Assembly (NCBI GenBank): GCA_049523075.1
Contig: JBEKNG010000001.1
Location: forward strand, 1 to 32,361
Reading direction: 5' to 3'
Length of the DNA: 32,361 nucleotides
Source: Paraburkholderia sp.
Lineage (GTDB): Bacteria > Pseudomonadota > Gammaproteobacteria > Burkholderiales > Burkholderiaceae
The notes below the pieces were generated by a model, which made no database searches, was not told where the DNA came from, and saw only the letters and a program-made list of their open reading frames with translations. This document shows positions 19,601 to 27,260 of this stretch, in pieces (position 1 is the first letter of the stretch; each line of letters starts with the position of its first letter). The position numbers and the translations under genes were made by a program.

Positions 19601-20848
19601 CTACCTCGCCGGCGCAAGCCCCGCGATCCGCAAACGCTCAACGCCCTCGGCAAGCGCAAGCACAACCTGTTGCCCGTCCCGTTCGCGGATACTGATCGTC
19701 CGGTCACGCTCATCGCGCGGTCCGACTGCGACGAAAACCGGCACCTGTTTTTCGCGAGCATCGACGATTTTCTTCTCCAGCCGCTCCGGACGATCATCGA
19801 GGACGACCCTGACGCCCGCCTCTTCAAGCGCCTGCACGACCTGCGCGGCATACGCCGCGCTGGCGTCGTTAATCGTCGCCACCGCCACCTGTTCCGGCGC
19901 GAGCCACAATGGCAGCCAGCCTTCGTGATGCTCGAGCAACATCGCGATGAAACGCTCCATACTCCCCAGCACGGCGTGATGAATCATCACTGGCCGCTCG
20001 CGCTCGTTGCGATCGTTGACATACTGTGCGTCGAGCCGCTCCGGCAACACGAAATCGAGTTGGATCGTGCCGCACTGCCAACTCCGTGCCCGGCTATCCA
20101 GCAGATGAAATTCCACTTTGGGACCGTAGAACGCGCCCTCACCCTCGCGCACATCGAACTGCAGTCCCGCCGCAAGCGCAGCTTTGGCCAAGGCCGCTTC
20201 GGCACGGTCCCACACCCCGTCAGCGCCTGCGCGTAGCGCAGGGCGCGTCGCTAGCGCCACCGAGAAAGCGGGAAATCCGAGGTCGGCATAGACGTTACGC
20301 AGCAAATCGCAAAAGCGCCCGACTTCGACCTCGATCTGCGCTTCCGTGCAAAACACATGCGCGTCGTCCTGTACGAACGCGCGCGTGCGCTTGAGCCCTT
20401 CCAGCGAACCGGAAGGTTCATCGCGATGACAGGCGCCGAACTCGCTATAGCGCACCGGTAACTCGCGGTAGGAACGCACGCGCTGATTGAACACCTGCAC
20501 GTGGCACGGACAGCTCATGGGCTTCAGACACAGCGCACGTGCTTCGGACGCGTCATCCGCGTCGCGCTCATCGTTCGCGCTGCCCGAGTCCTGTCCTTCG
20601 GACAACGAATACATGTTGGCGCCGAATTTCTCCCAATGACCGCTGCGTTCCCAGATCGAACGGGCGAGCAGTTGCGGCGTGCGAATTTCGCGGAAGCCCG
20701 CACGCCGCATTCGGCGGCGAATATAGTCTTCCAGCACGCGGTACAGTTCCCAGCCTCGCGGATGCCAGAAGACCATGCCAGGGCCTTCCTCCTGTTGATG
20801 GAAAAGGTCCAGCTTGTTACCCAATACGCGATGATCGATGTCGTTCAC
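19601..20848 (-). CDS. thrS: Threonyl-tRNA synthetase paralog lacking the N-terminal TGS and editing domains (415 aa)
   Basis: Starts directly at DHRVLG...LF (catalytic-domain start); SGHWEKF, KPMSCP, HRDEPSG, QDDAH, GAFYGPK, QCGTIQLDF, MIHHAVLGSMERF, P.WLAP and anticodon-binding domain; GGAG RBS 6 nt before GTG. Confidence 0.93.
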   Translation of the reverse strand: MNDIDHRVLGNKLDLFHQQEEGPGMVFWHPRGWELYRVLEDYIRRRMRRAGFREIRTPQLLARSIWERSGHWEKFGANMYSLSEGQDSGSANDERDADDASEARALCLKPMSCPCHVQVFNQRVRSYRELPVRYSEFGACHRDEPSGSLEGLKRTRAFVQDDAHVFCTEAQIEVEVGRFCDLLRNVYADLGFPAFSVALATRPALRAGADGVWDRAEAALAKAALAAGLQFDVREGEGAFYGPKVEFHLLDSRARSWQCGTIQLDFVLPERLDAQYVNDRNERERPVMIHHAVLGSMERFIAMLLEHHEGWLPLWLAPEQVAVATINDASAAYAAQVVQALEEAGVRVVLDDRPERLEKKIVDAREKQVPVFVAVGPRDERDRTISIRERDGQQVVLALAEGVERLRIAGLAPAR

Positions 20849-20854
20849 AGTACG

Positions 20855-21004
20855 CTCCGTTTGACAAGAGCCATCGACGGAGGGCTATAAACGCCAAGGG
20901 CCCCGTCCGTCTCCGGCGAGGCCCTTGGGGGTTTGCAGCAGCTTCTTGCCTTAGCGCGCGCAACCTCCAGACGACCCGCCCGTGAGGGTGGTCGTCGTGG
21001 TGGT
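20855..21004 (-). promoter_or_regulatory. Ribosome-mediated attenuator (alternative hairpins) upstream of the short thrS
   Basis: GACGACC(20996-20990)/GGTCGTC(20976-20970); GGAGGTTGC(20968-20960)/GCAAACCCCC(20936-20927); CCAAGGGCCTCG(20928-20917)/CGGGGCCCTTGG(20905-20894) capped by CCG-GAGA-CGG; CTCCGT(20882-20877)/ACGGAG SD (20860-20855). Confidence 0.8.
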
Positions 21005-21037
21005 GACAGCCGCGAAGGAAAGCGAATAGAGGTCCAT
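20951..21037 (-). CDS. Thr-rich leader peptide (thrL-like, 28 aa) MDLYSLSFAAVTTTTTTLTGGSSGGCAR
   Basis: Manual translation; codons ACC ACC ACG ACG ACC ACC CTC ACG (7 Thr in 8 codons) about 100 nt upstream of a ThrRS gene and overlapping the hairpins; below the ORF-track size cut-off. Confidence 0.87.
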   Translation of the reverse strand: MDLYSLSFAAVTTTTTTLTGGSSGGCAR

Positions 21038-21043
21038 GTACCG

Positions 21044-21073
21044 ACATTAAACGATTTGACGGCGATACGTCAA
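21044..21073 (-). promoter_or_regulatory. Candidate sigma70 promoter for a leaderless leader-peptide transcript
   Basis: TTGACG (21073-21068) with TTTAAT at 16 nt or TAATGT at 18 nt spacing, 6-8 nt before the leader ATG; no SD precedes that ATG. Confidence 0.55.
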
Positions 21074-21672
21074 TCGATGCCTGTGGGAATTTCGTGCACA
21101 CCACGCGCCGCCGGCTCGACCTCAAACGCCTCGCCGGTGGCAAAAAACGTCCCGCCCGCCACGTAATGACACGTGCGCAATTCCGGGTCATCGCCGAAGT
21201 GCCAGCGGTTGTTCGAGTAGACCCGGCTATCCGCATACGCGGCGACCACTTCGCCGATGATCAGATCGTGGCGCTGGCTATCGTCAGGAATCACCTTGCA
21301 TTCGAGCCACGTTATGCAACCGGCTAGCATCGGCACGTCGATGCGCTGCCCCGCAAACGTCTCGAGGCCGAACGCGGCGAACTTGTCGAGATCGACGCCG
21401 GGCGTGGTGCCGACCGCGAGCGTTTGTCGCGCGAACGCGCGGCTCGGCAATTGCAGCCCGAACACGCCGCTTGCTTCGATCAGTTGCCGCGTGAGCGTGC
21501 GGCTGTCGACCACCACCACGACCTTGGGCGGATTGAAATCCAGCGGCATCGCCCACGACGCCGCCATGACGTTCGTGCGCCCCGCATGGGCGCTGGTGAT
21601 GATGGTGACGGGTCCGTGATTCAGTAACTGCGTAGCCCGTGACAATTCCACTGTTTCTCTGGTGCCTTTCAT
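21070..21672 (-). CDS. Flavin reductase-like (DIM6/NTAB) FMN-binding protein
   Basis: LLNHGPVTIITS, NVMAASWAMPLDFNPP, WLECKV, HDLIIGEVVAA; RBS GAAGGG before ATG 21672. Confidence 0.9.
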   Translation of the reverse strand: MKGTRETVELSRATQLLNHGPVTIITSAHAGRTNVMAASWAMPLDFNPPKVVVVVDSRTLTRQLIEASGVFGLQLPSRAFARQTLAVGTTPGVDLDKFAAFGLETFAGQRIDVPMLAGCITWLECKVIPDDSQRHDLIIGEVVAAYADSRVYSNNRWHFGDDPELRTCHYVAGGTFFATGEAFEVEPAARGVHEIPTGID

Positions 21673-21898
21673 ACGTCCCTTCGTCTTCAAGCGGTGTCTC
21701 GATTCGCGCGGTGTGCCGAGGCATCCGAGCCGCGCCACATGGCATTCTAGCCAGGCGGCGGATACTGGTAGTGGGAGCCCAATCAAGACGCCAGCACATT
21801 TTGACGTGCATCGATGCATGCATACCGCGTGACCGCCTATGATGGGAACATCGCGGCGTGACCGTCACGGCGACCGATAAGCACACGACCTGCTCACC

Positions 21899-22711
21899 AT
21901 GTTCACCCAATACATCGTCCAGTGGGATCTGATACCTGATGGCAACCCGATCGTCACGCACAGCAGTCGCCTGTTGCCAGTGCGTCAGCACGGTGTTGCA
22001 GCCATGCTCAAGATTGCCCAGGGGGTCGAGGAACGCGCCGGCGGCCGGCTGATGGTCTGGTGGAACGGTGTCGGTGCCGCCCGCGTACTTGCGCATGACG
22101 GCGACGCGTTGTTGCTGGAGCGAGCCGAAAACCCGCATTTGCTGGTGGAGATGTCCCGACACGGACAAGACGACGAGGCCGCCAGGATTCTTTGCTCGGC
22201 CGCTGCGCGGCTGCACCGGCCGCGTGACCCGCGGATGACAGAACCGGATCTGTCCGAGCTGGTGCCGCTCGACCGCTGGTTCCGCAGTCTGTGGCCAGCA
22301 GCGCAGCAACACGGCGAACTGCTCGCGCAGTGCGCCAAGGCCGCACGTGAACTACTCGCCGCGCCGGAGGATGTGGTGATCCTGCACGGCGACATCCATC
22401 ATGGCAACGTGCTGGACTTCGGCGCACGTGGCTGGCTCGCGATTGACCCCAAAGGGCTCTATGGCGAGCGCGGCTTCGACTATGCGAATATCTTCTGCAA
22501 CCCCGATCGTGACACGGCGCTCGTGCCCGGCCGGTTTGAGTGGCGCGTCAACCGCGTGGTGCAGGAGGCCGGGCTGGAAAGGCAGCGTTTGCTGCAATGG
22601 ATACTCGCCTGGTCGGGACTATCCGCTGCGTGGATTCTGGAGACCGGCGAAACACCCGACGTGGACTACGATATAGCGCGGCTTGCGGCGGCGGCCTTGC
22701 TGCATGACTAG
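21899..22711 (+). CDS. APH(6)-family aminoglycoside/hydroxyurea resistance kinase (StrB-like)
   Basis: THSSRLLPV, AMLK, WWNGVGAARVLA, LHGDIHHGNVLDFG..GWLAIDPKGL.GERGFDYANIFCNP. Confidence 0.9.
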   Translation: MFTQYIVQWDLIPDGNPIVTHSSRLLPVRQHGVAAMLKIAQGVEERAGGRLMVWWNGVGAARVLAHDGDALLLERAENPHLLVEMSRHGQDDEAARILCSAAARLHRPRDPRMTEPDLSELVPLDRWFRSLWPAAQQHGELLAQCAKAARELLAAPEDVVILHGDIHHGNVLDFGARGWLAIDPKGLYGERGFDYANIFCNPDRDTALVPGRFEWRVNRVVQEAGLERQRLLQWILAWSGLSAAWILETGETPDVDYDIARLAAAALLHD

Positions 22712-22739
22712 CGCGACAGCCGTCGCAAGCGCGACCGCC

Positions 22740-23060
22740 CTAACTCTTATCGCCGTGCGCCCCGTCCAACGGTTTGTGCTGCTCTTCTCCAAGCCCCGGG
22801 AAAAATGCATTCCACGCCGCGCGAACGCCTTCGGCAGCGGTCGCCTCGGCGCTGAAGGTTTCGCTTTCGCCGGCGCGGGCCGGGTCGGCGGAGAGCCCTC
22901 GCCAATGCGTGAACACCAGCAGCGGCTTTTCGCTCCACTCCCTAGCACCGAACTTCGCAAACGCCGTATCGCCGCTCACCAGTTGAACCTCGTACCAGCC
23001 GTCACGGACAGGCGTGTAACGCTCCAGCGGAAACCACGCGGTCGGTCGAATATCCATCAT
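22740..23060 (-). CDS. Hypothetical protein (106 aa)
   Basis: RBS GAGAGGA before ATG 23060; TAWFP...PVRDGWYEV...HWRGL protein-like sequence. Confidence 0.7.
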   Translation of the reverse strand: MMDIRPTAWFPLERYTPVRDGWYEVQLVSGDTAFAKFGAREWSEKPLLVFTHWRGLSADPARAGESETFSAEATAAEGVRAAWNAFFPGLGEEQHKPLDGAHGDKS

Positions 23061-23346
23061 GTCCTCTCTCGTCGAAAGATCGTCACGGATAAATACAAGG
23101 CATTCTTCATGCCCGATTCCAAGAGCGAGGCCGAGCACGGTGAATACGTCGTGGAGGCTGGCGCGTATTCAACGCAGGACGGAGCATGTCGGCGGGTAGA
23201 TACCGCATTGACGCGCGCGATGCCTGCGGTGGAGGAGGTAAAGGAGGCGGCTCCGTCCGTTCCGGCGAGAGTAAGACTTACACGGTGGTAAATGCAGGCA
23301 GCGGTGCGATGTTGAATGATGCGGTGCAGCGCCTGCTCTAGTGCGT

Positions 23347-24849
23347 TCAAGCCCTCACGCCCGCACCCCGTCGACCGCTGCGCGCAACACCCGCCACTTC
23401 GCTCACGCACTGCGCCAGCCCAGCCACACCAGCCGCAATCTGTTCGGCCGGCGTATTGCCGTAGCCGATCACAAGCCCGTTGTCTTCATCGCACGGCCGC
23501 AGCGCGAACCCGGATAGCGCACGCGGATTGAGGCGCCGCTGTTGCGCCAGCTCGACCACAGTGCGGTCCGAAATACGCGGCGGCAACCTGAGCGTCAGAT
23601 GCATGCCGCAGTTGCCGCCGAGAATCTGCGCCGGTTCAAAGCGCCCGGCCAGCGCCTCGCGTAACGCCTGCTGCCGCTCACGATAAAGCCGCCGCATGCG
23701 CCCAAGGTGGCGGCCAAATTCGCCCGCCTCGATAAAGTTTGCCAATGCCAATTGTTCAAGCCGGTGGCCGCCGCGCAGCATCTCCTGTAGCGCCGTGCTC
23801 GTGTGCGCCACCATGCTGCGCGGCAACACGACAAACCCGATACGCAGCGCCGGAAACATCGTCTTGCTAAACGACCCGACATACAAAACCGGCGCATCGG
23901 GCATGAGACCCTGCATGCTCGCGATCGGCTCGCCGGTATGACGAAACTCGCCGTCGTAGTCATCCTCGATCAACCAGGCACCGGTGCGCCTTGCCTGCGC
24001 AATCAGGTCGAGGCGCCGCGCCACAGAGAGCACCGCGCCGGTCGGATACTGGTGCGCCGGCGACGTATAAATCAGCTTGGGCGGACTTACCCGCCAGGCA
24101 TCCGGCGGCACGGCCATGCCTTCATGATCGACGCGCATCGGCACGGTCTGCAGATCGCCGAGATTGAAGGCGGCTTTGGCGCCGCGATAACCCGGATTTT
24201 CGACCCACGCAGTATCGCCGGGATTGGTTAGCAGGCTCACACAGAGATTCAGCGCTTCCTGTGCCCCCTCAGTGATCACCACCTGCGAGCCGTCGCAGCG
24301 CACGCCTCGCGCCATCCGCAGATGCGCGGCGATCGCATCACGCAAAGCTGGCTCGCCCGCCGGCGCACCGTAACCGAGCAACAGAGGTAAGCCTCGCTCC
24401 ATGGCCCGTTCCAGCGAGCGGCGCCAGGCGCCCAGCGGAAAGCGGTCCAGCGCCGGAGTACCCGGCGTCATCACCGAGCTCATATCGGACTGAGTGCGAG
24501 TGGCGGCGAACCGTTTGAGCCGCGCCGCGTAGGCGATCTCGGCCGCGGCCGAATCCTGATGCGTGTCGGCATGGGACGCGGCGCTCGATAGCGGACTCAC
24601 GCGAGTTCCCCTGCGGTCGGCCAGCACATAACCTTCGGCGAGCAGATGGTCGTATGCGATGACCACCGTGTTGCGCGACACGCCGAGTTCCGCCGCGAGC
24701 AGCCGCGACGACGGCAACGACGCGCCCGCCGGCAGGCGTCCGGCCAGAATCGCCTGCTGCAGACGCTCGATCAATTGCTTCTGCAGCGGAACAGGCTTGC
24801 CGGCCGGAGTGAGCGCGCCATGAGCCAATGGCCCTATGATCTCGATCAT
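23347..24849 (-). CDS. MocR/GabR-subfamily GntR regulator with PLP aminotransferase-like domain
   Basis: LPSSRLLAAELGVSRNTV HTH; SPAHQYPTG, IEDDYDGEF, GSFSKTMFPALRIG (PLP Lys). Confidence 0.94.
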   Translation of the reverse strand: MIEIIGPLAHGALTPAGKPVPLQKQLIERLQQAILAGRLPAGASLPSSRLLAAELGVSRNTVVIAYDHLLAEGYVLADRRGTRVSPLSSAASHADTHQDSAAAEIAYAARLKRFAATRTQSDMSSVMTPGTPALDRFPLGAWRRSLERAMERGLPLLLGYGAPAGEPALRDAIAAHLRMARGVRCDGSQVVITEGAQEALNLCVSLLTNPGDTAWVENPGYRGAKAAFNLGDLQTVPMRVDHEGMAVPPDAWRVSPPKLIYTSPAHQYPTGAVLSVARRLDLIAQARRTGAWLIEDDYDGEFRHTGEPIASMQGLMPDAPVLYVGSFSKTMFPALRIGFVVLPRSMVAHTSTALQEMLRGGHRLEQLALANFIEAGEFGRHLGRMRRLYRERQQALREALAGRFEPAQILGGNCGMHLTLRLPPRISDRTVVELAQQRRLNPRALSGFALRPCDEDNGLVIGYGNTPAEQIAAGVAGLAQCVSEVAGVARSGRRGAGVRA

Positions 24850-24854
24850 CGTCG

Positions 24855-24900
24855 CTGGACCTATCAAATAGTCGTTGAGTGGATCTTTTTAACATACCAC
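24855..24900. promoter_or_regulatory. Candidate MocR binding sites
   Basis: CTGGACCTAT (24855-24864) and GTGGATCTTT (24879-24888) direct repeats plus inverted ...CCAC (to 24900) in the divergent intergenic region. Confidence 0.55.
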
Positions 24901-25007
24901 GTTTGGCGTATTGTCTCTGTTGAATGCAGCCCAGACAACATCAGATCAACGCCGTTGTGTGCCCCTCCAGCGGGTCACCGGACAACAGAAAAACTAAGGA
25001 GAGGAAA

Positions 25008-25748
25008 GTGGCACAACGAATCAACGAATACCTGCAGCCGATCGGCGTGCCGGTGCCGGACTGGAAAGGCGCACAACTGCCGGGGCGCGAGCCGCTCGTC
25101 GGACGCTATTGCCGGATCGAGCCCGTGGACGTCGAGCGCCATGTCAGAGATCTCTACGAGGCCTATAGCTCGGCCGAGGACGGCCGCGACTGGACCTATC
25201 TGGCAGTGGGGCCGTTCCAGAGCCTCGAAGCGTATCGGGAGCATCTGACCAAAGCGGCTGCGCTGACCGATCCTATGCACCACGCGGTGATCGATCTGGC
25301 CACAGGAAAGGCCATCGGCACGCTGGCCTTGATGCGCATCGACCCGCCCAATGGCGTGATCGAAGTAGGCCACGTCACCTACTCGCCGCGCCTCAAAAGG
25401 ACCCGCATCGCGAGTGATGCAATGGCACTGCTGATGAAATATGTGTTCGAGGACCTGGGCTACCGGCGCTTCGAATGGAAATGCGATTCCCTCAATGCGC
25501 CGTCGCGGGTGGCCGCGCTGCGGTATGGCTTCAAGTTCGAAGGGATCTTCCGCCAGGCGATCGTCACGCGTGGACGCAACCGGGATACCGCATGGTTCTC
25601 CGTCATCGACAGCGAATACCCGGCAGTGCGCGACGGCTTCGCGCAATGGCTCGACGAGCGCAATTTCGACGCTGAAGGCAATCAGCGTAAACGGCTGGCC
25701 GATCTGATCGCGCAGCGGCAGGCGCTGGCGGCAGAAGCGGGCGGCTGA
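25008..25748 (+). CDS. GNAT acetyltransferase (RimJ/RimL-like)
   Basis: WTYLAVGPF, NGVIEVGHV, LGYRRFEWKCDSLNAPS, EGIFRQA, RNRDTAWFS; GTG start after AAGGAGAGG. Confidence 0.92.
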   Translation: MAQRINEYLQPIGVPVPDWKGAQLPGREPLVGRYCRIEPVDVERHVRDLYEAYSSAEDGRDWTYLAVGPFQSLEAYREHLTKAAALTDPMHHAVIDLATGKAIGTLALMRIDPPNGVIEVGHVTYSPRLKRTRIASDAMALLMKYVFEDLGYRRFEWKCDSLNAPSRVAALRYGFKFEGIFRQAIVTRGRNRDTAWFSVIDSEYPAVRDGFAQWLDERNFDAEGNQRKRLADLIAQRQALAAEAGG

Positions 25749-25833
25749 AATCGACGCCGGCACCCGTTTCACTCTTGCCTGAACTCCGGCTACCCGTTGA
25801 CCGGCGCAGGCAGCCCGTCAATCGTGCCGGGGC

Positions 25834-25890
25834 TGCCGCGCCTCGCTGCCTCGGCCTCGTTGCCGCGCCCTCTCGCTACCTCGCCCTCGT
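25834..25890 (+). repeat. Imperfect 27-30 bp tandem duplication between convergent GNAT genes
   Basis: tgccgcgcctcgctgcctcggcctcgt followed by tgccgcgccctctcgctacctcgccctcgt; adjacent GGCAGCCC/GGGCTGCC stem (25809-25837). Confidence 0.6.
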
Positions 25891-25891
25891 C

Positions 25892-26428
25892 TCAGGCGGG
25901 GCCGGCGGCCCGGCGAAGGTGGATAGTCGGCTTGCCTTTGTACGACCCGCGCGCCCATTCCACATAGCCGCATTTTTGCGCCACCCGCAGGGACGGCGTG
26001 TTCTCCGGTGCGACGATGCAGGCGGTATCGGCGGCGGGCCATTCTGCATCGGCCCACCGCAATGCCGCACGGACCGCCTCGGTTGCGTAGCCGCGCCCCT
26101 GGAATGCCGGGGTCAGCGCCCAGCCGACCTCGGGCGTGCCATTGAGCGGCGGCTCGATCTGACGCCGGAAATTGGCAAAACCCACTTCGCCGACAAAGCG
26201 GCCGCTTGCCTTGTCGCGCACCACCCAGTAGCCGAAGCCCAGTAGCGTCCAATGCCCCACGTAGCGCAAGAGACGCGCCCAAACCTCTTCGCGGGTGAAC
26301 GGCTGGCCGCCGATAAAGCGAATCACCTCGGGATTGGACCACATCGCGAAGCTATCGTCGTAATCCTCGAGGACGTGAGGACGCATGGTCAGGCGGTCAG
26401 TTTCGAGGGACGTGCTGAACTGGGCCAT
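25892..26428 (-). CDS. GNAT acetyltransferase (RimJ/RimL-like)
   Basis: LETDRLTMRP, GHWTLLGFGYW, PEVGWAL...QGRGYATEA, N.PS.RVAQKCGY. Confidence 0.92.
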   Translation of the reverse strand: MAQFSTSLETDRLTMRPHVLEDYDDSFAMWSNPEVIRFIGGQPFTREEVWARLLRYVGHWTLLGFGYWVVRDKASGRFVGEVGFANFRRQIEPPLNGTPEVGWALTPAFQGRGYATEAVRAALRWADAEWPAADTACIVAPENTPSLRVAQKCGYVEWARGSYKGKPTIHLRRAAGPA

Positions 26429-26627
26429 GGCGGGGGAACGGGGCTGAGGGTGGTTGGGATGATGGCAGAATCCCGACGTTGATGCACGTCCACTCTGCGA
26501 GCTAGGATACGTACACCGCCGCGCTCGCTCTCCCGGGCATCTCAATCGTTCAAGCCATCCGGCCAGCGCTGCAAGAGCGCTGGCGGCAGTCGACACGCAG
26601 CATAGGCGCCCACTCGGAGCACCCCGC

Positions 26628-27260
26628 ATGCAGCTTCGATTCAGATTCAGATACCTGTCCGCCTTATGCATCAACCTGCTGCTGCCATGGCTTGCGTACC
26701 GCCTCGCGTATCCGCATTGGGGGCAGCCGGGTGGCCTGCTGGTATCGGCGGTACCGCTGCTCGCATGGATGGCGTGGGACCTGGTGCGCCACCGGCATTT
26801 CGACGCATTAAGCAGCATGGTTCTGGTCGGCATCGTGCTCTCGCTTGCCGCGATGATACTCACCGGCGCCTGGCAAAATCTGGCACTGGACGAGCCCATG
26901 GTGTCCGGCATGATCGGCGTTGCCTTTCTGGTTTCGCTCGCGCTGCCGCGTCCGATGGTGTTTTATCTGGCGCGTTCGACAATCGCCCGCGAAAGCGTGA
27001 AGCGCGCCAGCGAATTTGAGCAGGAGTGGCGTGAGCATCCCAAGCTCGCCTACCGAGTCCGCATCATGACGCTGGTCTGGGGGATCGGCCTCATCACGGA
27101 GAACACCTTGCGCACGCTGATCGTCTGGGGTGCGGCGGGCGACCCGCGTTCGGTAGTCGAGTCGAATGTCTTGCGCTATGGTTTCTACGGTGTGCTTATG
27201 CTTTGGACGATCTGGTATCGAAGGCGCATCAAACAGGATGCCGATGATTACGCAACCTAA
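26628..27260 (+). CDS. Membrane protein (VC0807-like)
   Basis: INLLLPWLAYRL, RHFDALS, RPMVFYLAR, MTLVWG; about 6 TM segments. Confidence 0.75.
   Translation: MQLRFRFRYLSALCINLLLPWLAYRLAYPHWGQPGGLLVSAVPLLAWMAWDLVRHRHFDALSSMVLVGIVLSLAAMILTGAWQNLALDEPMVSGMIGVAFLVSLALPRPMVFYLARSTIARESVKRASEFEQEWREHPKLAYRVRIMTLVWGIGLITENTLRTLIVWGAAGDPRSVVESNVLRYGFYGVLMLWTIWYRRRIKQDADDYAT

Noticed and set aside
20849-21069. Possibility that the missing ThrRS N-terminal domains are frameshifted upstream (pseudogene), or that the leader is a T-box
   Set aside because: Only about 220 bp separate it from the flavin reductase, the gene has its own SD and GTG, and no T-box consensus is visible.
20817-21236. 139-aa minus-strand ORF containing HHHDDHPH
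   Set aside because: The His/Asp run is the Thr-codon run read in another frame; the Thr frame has its own ATG and stop and matches the downstream ThrRS.
21899-22711. Acquired strB on Tn5393-like element
   Set aside because: No strA, transposase or inverted repeats nearby; looks like a resident chromosomal APH(6)-family homolog.
23109-23291. 60-aa plus-strand ORF MPDSKSEAEHGEYVVEAGAY...
   Set aside because: No clear RBS or family motif, and only 48 bp from the divergent gene start; possibly a remnant but unsupported.
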